From NCBI GenBank assembly GCA_025594325.1, contig JANHCV010000012.1, forward strand, positions 806,001-870,000: a stretch of 64,000 bases of DNA. Reading direction: 5' to 3'. A model generated the notes under the pieces. It saw only the letters and a program-made list of their open reading frames with translations. It ran no database searches and was not told the origin of the DNA. Positions within the stretch are counted from its first letter, which is position 1. Each line of letters opens with the position of its first letter. The position numbers and the translations under genes are program-made. This stretch comes from Blastocladiella emersonii ATCC 22665. Taxonomy: Eukaryota; Fungi; Blastocladiomycota. Shown here in pieces: positions 23,701 to 33,188 of the stretch.

Positions 23701-25402
23701 ATGATATCAGCGCCCAACGAGCAGCCGAGTGCATTGAACTCAGGCGCTGGGCGGACCGCGACGGTCTCAAGGTCCCCCTCACCGACCCCGTCACTTCCGC
23801 GATGCAACTCGCCGCCCGCCGGTTTGGCGGTTGGTGATGGCATGGCCGCAGTCGAGCTTTCGAATTCGCGTGGCCTGCCTCAAGCTCAGCTTGCTTCATC
23901 CCCACCTTTTCTGCTCGACGTTCACGCGCCCGACGTGACCTCCGCGGCCGCCCCCGCTTCTCCGTCTCCGTCGGCGCTCAACGATGGTGGTTTCCTGCGT
24001 TCTTGGCAAACTCGAGGTCAAAGTTCGTCCGGCAACGATCCGCAGCCCTTACCATTGCATCGATTCTCGAACGACCACCACTCTCAGCTCGGAGTACCCT
24101 CGTTTTTGCCCCAGTCAACTCGCACGACAAGCGGCAGCGACGACATTCCAGCCGTTCCTGATCCTGCCCCACCTTTTCTTTGCGTGACCGACGATTCGAG
24201 CGTTTCCGCCATGGCCGTTCCTGACATACCCTTGTCGCGGACTCCTGCTGCCAGTCTCTCCAATCGTCCGCCCGTCGTTCCTACACCGGTGCTCAGCCGC
24301 GTGAGCTCAACGGCAGCCGCCGCGAGTACATCTCCCCCGCCGTTCGCTTCCATTGCTTGGCACAAAAGACCACTCGAGCTGGCGGTCGTTGATCCGTCGA
24401 CCGGAACCGTTCACCCTCGGCCGTCGGAGACCATCTCGGGGCTCATTATCGCGGCACTTGCTTCAATGGCCGGCCGCGCGGCGACTCTTCATCAACTCTT
24501 CGCGTGGTTCGTCGAAAACCACCCGTATTTTCGATTTGCTAACGCCAAGCGCTGGCGGGTACGCAATCATCACTGGAAACTGTTCGGTTCCATGGTAAGT
24601 AGGCTGACACGATCGGGGGAGTGTAGGATGCAGTTCGCGCGACATTGCACGGCAACCCGATGTTTGAGTCGTTTGGCGCTACTCGACTCGAACCCATGAA
24701 ATGGAGGGAACTAGCTGCCGACTTGCCTCGCAACTCAGTTGACGCGGCTCCGGTGACTGCAGCTCCGCCGGCCTCAGGAGCAGCTGCCACGGGCGAATCT
24801 CTCCATGCGCACCAAGCGCAACATACTAGGGGCGCTCCTTCGCGCGCGCCGCGCAGCCGTCCCGCTCCGCCATCGGGACTTGTATCATCTGACCCGCCTC
24901 GGAAGCGGGCGCGAGCTTCCGATCCGGTCGAGGCCTTCGTCACTGGCCCTGACGGAACAGTGTACCCTCGGCCCGCCAAGTCGAACGCGCAGCTGATTGG
25001 CGCGGCGCTTGCAGCCGCTACTGATCGCAGTCTGTCGACACGCGCGTTTTACGACTGGATTCAAGACCGCTACCCGTACTATCGGTTCGGGAACGTGGCT
25101 AGGAAACGTGTACGTCCCGCTCTGGTGCATGGTTGTTGCCGCACTCCACTAGACTGACATGTCGCGCCGTACAGAAAGCCATCGCGAAAAGGCTGTATAC
25201 CCATCCTGCCTTCATCAACGTGCGACCCCACACAAGCGGGAAACGCGGACTGGGTGTATGGACCATCTCGGAAGCGGAACTTGCAACAATTCTGCGCTCC
25301 CGACCGCACGTGCAGCACGAGCAACTTCCCGCGGCGTCCGTGAACGCTGTGCCCGTGCCGCCCACGAACTTTGAGGTCGTGTACGCGAGCGACTCTGAAT
25401 AA
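23701..25402 (+). CDS. Double-forkhead protein, copy 10 (intact; closest to copy 8)
   Basis: Introns about 24559..24626 and 25110..25173; helices DAVRATLH and KAIAKRLY; ends EVVYASDSE*. Confidence 0.85.
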
Positions 25403-25765
25403 ATCGCCGCTGTTTCCAATCCGGAGCAATTCCACCGTACACCGCCGTCCGCGGATGGTAGCCTGCGCCGCGCGTGAGCAGCGCGTCGCATTGACCGCTC
25501 CGAGTCTGTGCGGGGTCTCGATCTAGAGGTCTGCCCGAACGTAAAGTCGGGCCGCCTGTTTTAGAACACTGTATTGCCGCTCGGGAGGATCCCCAGGGTA
25601 CGGGTGCGATCACACCTCCGCTCGGACGCGTCGCGATATAATGTGACAATCACGCGATATGGCCCGGGTGGCTGAAACCAGTTGGTCACCGCGTTGGCGA
25701 AAGCATGCAGCAGCACCTTTCTCGGCATCGCTTCCGTAAAGAGCAACTTTGAACGTAGCTTATTA

Positions 25766-26784
25766 ATGATGCAGTACCCACTTGGCGCAACTGAATCAGC
25801 ATCTCTTCAATCGCCGGGCACGCGCGATCACGGCGCTGGTCCGTTTTCGTGGCTGTGGTCGCCCTCGCCCTCGCCTTGCCCGCCGCTTCCAGACTGCACA
25901 TCGCCACCTGCTGGGATACCATTGGACTTTCTGTACCCCGAACCGCAGCCGCCGCCTACTTTCTTCCTCGCTTCACACGACTGGCCCGGTCTGGTCCCGG
26001 CGCCAAGCGTTTCTTTCGTCCCATCGCTCGAATGCAGTGACCCACTTCAATCGAATCCGCTTGGTGCCACGTACCTCGCCCCGTCGCCGCTGCCGCCACC
26101 ACCTTTGCCGTCCAATACCTTCGACGGTTACCAGCCCGGCGCTGCATCAACTGACCCGTCGACGAACCCAATCCCGGCCGGATCAATCCGCGCGCCTTCC
26201 CAACTTGTCTCACAAACCGCGTCCCCCATGTCCCAGCGCACTTCTGCTTCTGCTTCTGCTCCTGCTTCTGCTTCTGCTTCTACACGGCCGCGCACCCCCG
26301 CGCACGGCTCCGTCCGCAAGCGTACGCGAGCGAGCCGCACGAACCGCATGGTTGAGACCTCGGTAACCGATCCCGCCAACGAAACCGTCCACTTGGGCCC
26401 TGCCGCGAGCTACCCGCAGCTGATCGCCCAGGCGTTTGCGGCCACGCCCAGCCGGCAGCTGACGGTGCGCGAGATGTGCGACTGGGTCCAGTCGCGCTAC
26501 CCGTTCTATCGATATCATAACGTGTCCGGCGGGGTTCGGGTACGTCCGATTGACTGACTGGTACCGATCGGCACCTCCCTCATTGACGCACACTCGCGGG
26601 TTGGTTGGGTTGGCAAATGCTCAAGAAAGCCGTGGCCCGGCACCCCGCCTTCGTTCAGGTCGGGACCCAAGTGAGTGGGGCGGTAGAGCAGCCGAACAAC
26701 CCGTGGATCTGGACTATCGTGGCAGAGGACGACCTCACCGAAATCCTGCACTCGCACGCGCTCGCGCGGGGCGAGCAGGGGTGA
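25766..26784 (+). pseudogene. Forkhead copy 11 (single FKH); canonical splice acceptor lost
   Basis: GPAASYPQLIAQAFAATPSRQLTVREMCDWVQSRYPFYRY; donor GTACGT about 26540. The acceptor position reads GG at 26612-26613. An in-frame cryptic AAG 12 nt downstream could rescue splicing. Confidence 0.65.
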
Positions 26785-27029
26785 GCGGCGGCCGTCGTCG
26801 GCGTGAGCGTCCGGAAGAATATACGCGTGTGATTGCTCTGATATTGGGGTAGTACTCTCAATACGATGATGCGGGACTCGATCGGATATCATGCGATTGA
26901 GTGGGACCACGATTCGCGGTGAACGAGCGAGGGGGAGACAAGCCATACACCCCGCGAAGCGTAAACGAGCAAACACGATGAGCGAAGACGCGAGCGAGCG
27001 AACGACGCGAATCCACGCAACGCAAAGGA

Positions 27030-27156
27030 GCGGAGCTTGCACTCTCGACCACCCGCGCAGCACGAGCGACCTCCCGCGGTGCCTGTGATCGTTGTTCCCG
27101 CGCTGTCTGCGCCGCCCACGAACGTTTAAGTCGTGTACGTGAGAGATTCTGAATAA
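27030..27156 (+). pseudogene. Relic of the last exon of a third copy-8/10-type gene
   Basis: ..CCGCCCACGAACGTTTAAGTCGTGTACGTGAGAGATTCTGAATAA matches the 3' ends of copies 8 and 10 (PTNFEVVYASDSE*), with an in-frame stop. Confidence 0.65.
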
Positions 27157-27536
27157 ACCCTCGCTGATTCCAACCCGACTCGAACATACCAGAGGCTGCC
27201 GTCCGCGAAGCTCGGCCTGCACCGCGAACGAGCAGCTGCACCGCCTCGAACATCCGTGTAGGCTCACGTCACGCTCTGGAGGTCGGTCCGAACGTAAATC
27301 CAGGGGACTGCTCGATTTCGAAACAACAACAACTCTCGAGAAGGTGAAAGGAGCGGGGCAAACATACCCTGCTCACGGACGCGTCGCGATATAATGTGAC
27401 CGTCACGAGATGTGCCCAGGGTGGCTGAAACCGGCCGCTCAGCGCGCGTCAGCGAAACCTTGAGGCACCGCCCTGGGCACCGCCCCTCTCGGAGCCGTAA
27501 CCCGAACGAGAAACACGTCAACGTAGCTTATGAAAG

Positions 27537-28526
27537 ATGCACTCTCTACTTGGTGCAATCGCATCGTCCGCTGCTCATCCATGGCCGAGCACGCGCGGTC
27601 AAGGTGCTGGTCCGCTCTCACCGCCACGGTCGCCCTCGCCCTGCCCGTCGCTTCCGGACTGCGCGTCGCCGCCGGTCGGGATATCGGTCGATTGCATGCC
27701 TCCTGCATCGCCTCCGCCAGCCTTCTTTCTCGATTCGTGCGACTGGCCCGACCCGGCGCCACGCTCATCGTTCGGCTCAGCGCTCGGTTACATCGGCCCG
27801 CATCGACCGTGCCCGCTCGGCGCAGTTTACAGCGCCCCTTCGCCACTTCCAACGCCGCTGTCGCCGCTACATACCCTTGACGCTCATCACTTCGACGCCG
27901 CAGCGGCAGCTGACGCGTCGCCGGTCCCGCAAAGCTTGGACAGATCCAGCCGCGAGCCTTCTTCATCCCCAGCGGCCGCGCCCGTTTCCGAGACCATTTC
28001 CTCGCCCTCACGGCCCGCTCCTACTTCTTCCCCACGGCCGCGCACCACTGGCACCGTCCGCAAGCGTCCCACCACGACCCGCCCCGCCACCCGCGCAGCC
28101 AAACCCTCCACCGCGACCGACCCCGCCGACGGAACCGTGCACTTGCGCCCTGCCGCGAGCTACCCGCAGCTGATCGCCCAGGCGCTCGCGGCCGCACCCA
28201 ACCGGCAGCTGACGGTGCGCGAGATGCTCGACTGGGTCCTGGCTCGGTATCCGTACTATCGGCTCGGCGACGTGGCCAAGGTCCTGGTACGTTCACCACT
28301 CCGGTCTTTGTGGTTGATCCAGCTGACCCGCGCGCGCGCGCTGGCTGCGTAGAAACGGGTCAAAAACGCCGTGGTCCGCCACCCGGCCTTCATCCAGGTC
28401 GGGTTCAGAACCCGCGGCGCGATACGGCTGCCGAACAGCCCGGGGATCTGGACGATCGCGGACGCGGACCTCGCGGAGCTCTTGCCTTCGCGCGGGGCGA
28501 TTGTGCAGGGTGACGAGCAGGTGTGA
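27537..28526 (+). CDS. Forkhead protein, copy 12 (single FKH, intact; closest to copy 9)
   Basis: RPAASYPQLIAQALAAAPNRQLTVREMLDWVLARYPYYRL; intron ends at 28352; KRVKNAVVRHPAF..PGIWTIADADLAELLP. Confidence 0.88.
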
Positions 28527-28979
28527 CCCGCCACAGTGACTGCGGGTGCAAAGAATCGACGCTTCTCTCTTGCTACGATGATGATTGCGCGGCACGGTTC
28601 GTTTGGGAGCTCGCGGGAGACGATGCGCGACGCGTACCCGGCGGAGACGTTGCCCTCGCGCGTGCGATCGTGCTGAACGGCGAGCAGCGGCGACGCGGGC
28701 GAGAGGAACAGACGCTCCCTTTCTTGCCATGATCAAAAGTGTGCGGCAGAGACCGCAAGGTCGGTCGTCGCTCGCGCGCGCGCGTTGACGCGTCGCGATA
28801 TCATGTGATGGATCGAGCGGGCCCGCGATTCGCGCACGAGCGAGTGAGAGGGGAAACAAACTATACCATGCGAGACGGGGGACGAGTAGACACAATGTGG
28901 GCGGGGCCGCGACCGCGATCGAGCGGGCGGCCGCGAATCCACGCAACAACAACAAAAAGGGAGCGGGAAGGCACGAAAT

Positions 28980-31656
28980 CTAGCGGGGTGTCGGGGACAC
29001 GGCCGACTGGCGGCGGGGCGGGGGCGCGATTTCCGCCTGTTCGCCGCCAGCAACCGGTGCGGGAAGCGGCGGTGGGTAATGCTGCGACTGCTGGTGCTGC
29101 GCCTGCTGCTGCTGCGGGTACTGGTGCTGCTGCTGCTGGCGATGGTGGAGCTGCTGCATGAGGACGGGGGTGGCGCCGAGGATGAAGACCTGGAACAGGC
29201 GGCGCTTCTTGGCGGTGGCGATGACGAGGCGGCCGTTCTTGTCGCACAGGAACCGGAGCTGCGCCGAGTGCTGGATGACCTGCAGCTTCTCGCCCGTGTT
29301 GAGGTCACAGATCTCGACACTGTGCTCGCAGATCCCGATCACGTACAGGCCGGGCACCACGAGCAGCTTGCTCGGGTACGTCGTCCACCGGAACGCGGGC
29401 GTGTTGGGCTGCGCGGCGGCCTTGCCGTCGACAATGTGCGTGACGTGCCCGAAGGTCGCGAGGTACCGGCGCTTGGCCGCGGGGACCGCCGACATGCCGT
29501 CCTGGTACGGCGACACGGCGGCGGCGATCTTGCGGTTGACGGAAGTCTGGCGCAGCACGGTCATACGCATGGTCTGGAACGTGTTGGCCTCGATGGGCAG
29601 CTGGTCAAAGGTGCGCCACCGCTCCGACGAGGCCGCAGGCGCGCCGTCGGGCCCGCCGTGCGACCGGAACTCGGTCGCGACGCCGAGCTCGGTCACCTTG
29701 GCGTCCTCGACGTTGACGAGGTTGGCCTCGGCCGTGTAGTTGACGAGCAGGTCGCGCACGAAATACCCGTCGTGGAAGATGGACACGAACCGCGGGGCCT
29801 CGGGGAGCCAGAACGCCTTGACCTTCATGAATCGGAGGTACGGGTCCTTGGCCCACTCGAACAGCGTCACGTCGTTCTTGACCACGACGAGCATGAAGAT
29901 GGACCCGGCGGTGCGCTCGACGACGAAATTGGTCGAGTCCTTGGTCGACGGGATCTTGATAAAGTCCTCGAGCGGGTTGTTGGACCCGTCGATGCCCTGG
30001 TGCCGCGACCGGTCGAAGATGCCCGCGGGCTCGGGCATCTCGACGCGCTTACCCGCGAGCACCGCCGTGATCAGCTTGCGCATGCTGCCGAGCCGGTACT
30101 GGCGCACGTGGTCGTTCTTGCCGCACCGCGCCACCATGACCCCGTAGTCCTCGAGCACTGCGAGCTGCTTGAACCGCACCCCGCGGATCGCGAACACGAA
30201 GTTGCTGTTGCCCGCGCCGCCCGCACCGGCCGCGCCACCGGCCGCCGCGTTGCCGTTGGCGTCGGGCGTCAGGTCCGCGACGAGCAGACCCTTCTCGGTG
30301 CCGAGCAGCAGGTACGGCCCGATGAAGTCGGAGCACAGCACCTCCTCGTCGAGGATGTACGACTGCTTGGCCTCGATGATGGGCTTGCCCTTGACGTTCT
30401 GGTCCTCGTCGGCGACGTTGACGGCGGCGACCTGGACGTCCGAGACCTGGGCCTGGACGGCGTCGGCGTAGGCGCCCGATCCGGCGGACGAGGCCGTGGG
30501 GGCGGGGGAGACGGCGGCGGCGACGGCGGGCGAGGCGCCGTACTGCTGGCCACCGGCAGCGCCAGCGGCGGGCTGCTGCTGCAGGGCGTACTTGGCAGCG
30601 TCGTCGTCGTTATCGTTATCCTCGATGCGCTGGCCCGCGCGTTTCTTCTGGCGGAGGATCTTGGATTTCTCGACGAGGTCGGCGATCAGCTCGCGGCCGC
30701 GCAGGGTCTCGGCCTTCTGCATGAAGGGGTGGTTGAGCAGCTCGTTGCACGAGGGGCGGCGCTTCGGGTCGCGGGTGAGGCACAGGGCAATGAACTCGTT
30801 CATGGGTTTGGACCGCTTCTTGGGGTTCTTGAGGCCGAGCGGCTGCGCGTCCTGCAGGATGAGCTTGAGGGCGGTGAACGGGTGGATCTCGGCGAGCGGC
30901 GGGCACTTGTCGGCGAGCTCGATGACGGTGATGCCGATGGACCAGACGTCGGCCTTGGCGTCGTACCAGTTGTTGCGGTCGTTTTCGGACCGGATCACCT
31001 CGGGCGCCATCCAGAAGGGGGTCCCGATGAAGGAGTTGGCGCGCGTGTTGTTGCCCGAGAGGCGGGCCGAGACGCCAAAGTCGGCTACGCGAGTGGGTGC
31101 GAGTGTTAGCGGCGGTGGTGTGAGTTCTGCGAGGTGGACACGTACCGAGCTTGACCTCGCCGCCCTCGGTCAGCAGCAGGTTGCCGGCCTTGATGTCGCG
31201 GTGGATGTGTTTCGACTCGTGGAAGTAGGCGAGCCCCTTGACGGCCTCGTGGATGATGACGGAGATGGCCTCCTCGGACATGGGCTTGGGCAGCATCGAG
31301 TACAGCGTGTCGACGGACCCGCCGCCGCAGTACTCCATGGCGATCCACAGGTACAGGCCCTGCATGTAGGTGGTGAAGAGCTTGACGACGTTGACGTGGT
31401 CGCACTCCTTGAGGATCTCGACCTCCTGCCACGTCTCCTTGAGCTCCGACTCCTTGAGGTAGACGACCTTGATGGCCGACATGGTGTTGCCGCGCGACTT
31501 GATGCGGCCGCGGTACACGTAGCCGTAGTTGCCCTTGCCGAGCGTCTCGAGCACCTCCACGTCCTGGTCGGGCGGACCCAGCTTGCGCAGGTCGGGGCAC
31601 TTGTTGAGCACCGCCTGCAGCTTGGCCGGGTTGACCTGCTGCTGCTGGCTGCTCAT
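28980..31656 (-). CDS. STE20-family (GCK/MAP4K-like) kinase with C-terminal CNH domain
   Basis: LGKGNYGYV, HRDIKAGNLLL, intron 31145..31085 restoring KLADFG, GTPFWMAPEV. C-terminal beta-rich region (LLLGTEKGL, FKQLAVLEDYGVMVARCGK, FMKVKAFWLPE) is CNH-like. Confidence 0.9.
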
Positions 31657-32131
31657 GTTGGCGGCGGGTGGGGTGGTGGTGGTCGGCGGTGGTGGTGCGT
31701 CGTCGCGCAGCGGTGGTCGCAGTAGTGGGGGACAGGCCGAGTGTGCGTGCGCGTGCGCGCCGAGTGCGGGCGGTTGTTGATCACGTAGTAGTTGCGTGGA
31801 GTGCGTGCGTGCGTGTGCTCCGTGGCCGCGATCGCTCGTTCCGTCCTCGACGAGAGGAGAGTTGGAGAGACTCTGCGGCCGAGGCGGCGGCGGCGACGCG
31901 TGGCGGCTCGGCCGAGTGGGTGGCGTTTTCCGGGCCACTGGATTTAGACGACGCGCTATTCGCTATTCCGCGCCACATCCCCACGTGCGCGAATCCGGAT
32001 GGGCTATTCCGGTTGCGACCTGCCACTCCTCTCCGCACGTCGCGGATCGCCCGCGTCGCACGCTCTCGTCCGCTTCCCGTCAGTGCGTCCCTCCTCTCTT
32101 CCCCCCAAAAACTTGCAACGAGATCAACACC

Positions 32132-32814
32132 ATGTCCTTTGTCAACATCGTCGGCGTCAACATCCCAAACAACGATGTGTCCTTCTTCTCCAACTTTGAG
32201 TTTGAGATCACGCTCGAGTGCCTGTCCGAGCTCAAGGACGGTCCGTCGTCGTCGCTGCTCTTGGGATCATGCACTAGATGGACGACCGCTCACCCACCCC
32301 CCAAATAGACCTCGAGTTCAAGGTCGTCTACGTGTGCTCGGCGACGGGCAAGCGCGCCGACCAGGTGCTCGAGAGCGTGTCGGTGGGCCCGATCCCCGCC
32401 GGCGTGAACCGGTTCACGCTCGAGACGCCGCCGCCGAACCCAGCCACCATCGACGCGCACGACCTGCTCGACGTGACCGTCGTGTTCCTGCAGGTCTCGT
32501 ACATGGGCTGCGAGTTCACCCGCATCGGCTACCTCGTCAACAACGAGTACAAGGACCCCGCCCTCGTCGCCGACCCGCCCGCCGTCCCGCTGCTCGACAA
32601 GATCTTCCGCAACATCCTCGCCGAGAAGCCCCGCGTCACCCGCTTCCACATCAACTGGGAGAACCCCAAGGCCACCTTCTACCCGGCCCACCTCGACGAG
32701 GCCGATACCGTCAACGCCGAGGCCCACGCCATGGTCACCGATGCTGCTGCGGCGGCCGCGGCGGCGGCAGCGTCCGCGGCGATGTCGGGGTTCCCACAGC
32801 CCGCCTCGTCCTAA
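32132..32814 (+). CDS. ASF1: Histone chaperone Asf1 (divergent)
   Basis: FEFEITLECLSELKD, intron about 32240..32308, DLEFKVVYVCSA, VGPIPAGVNRF, DVTVVFL, EFTRIGYLVNNEY, KPRVTRFHINWE. Confidence 0.9.
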
Positions 32815-33188
32815 TCTCCTTGTAACTACATCCACCAAACTATACGTCACACCCTTGCACAGCCTGCCTTCTCTGCTATCTTTGGTTGCGTCGTTCGAGA
32901 CGCAGTCGTCGTGACGTGAAACCCCCGCAAGTCGAGTCGGGCCGTCCCTCCACCGTCCACCGCGATCCGCGCGAGACACCCACCCCCACTTGCTGCAATG
33001 AACTCTCCACATGTATACCGGTCACTCTCGCCGACCGAGCTGCTCCAGCGCCTCGGCCCCATCGTCGGGTCCATGCGCGTCGCTGGCGCTCCGCCCGGTG
33101 TCGACGGTACACCCCGTCGCACGTCGCGTCCCGGAGGGCCCGCACTCATTATAGTCTCCTAGTCTTTGCGCCGTTGACGCAGGCCGCC

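Larger units (their letters stand above)
2920..28809 (+). promoter_or_regulatory. Recurrent bipartite element GACGCG-N4-GA[TA]ATCATGTGA (span covers 14 copies in the array)
   Basis: Starts at about 2924, 4421, 5733, 7686, 10139, 12086, 13981, 14499, 20083, 22190, 23559, 25625, 27378 and 28787. It lies about 95-120 bp upstream of the ATG of each full-length forkhead copy, always with the same spacing. Confidence 0.8.

Noticed and set aside
26243-26282. (GCTTCT)n in copy 11 and (GCAGCG)n at about 49009-49037
   Set aside because: Ordinary short microsatellites or low-complexity coding.
2114-28809. Minus-strand ORFs starting MISRR/MISLR/MIPGR at each upstream element
   Set aside because: The ATG is just the reverse complement of CAT in ATCATGTGA; downstream sequences are not conserved between copies.
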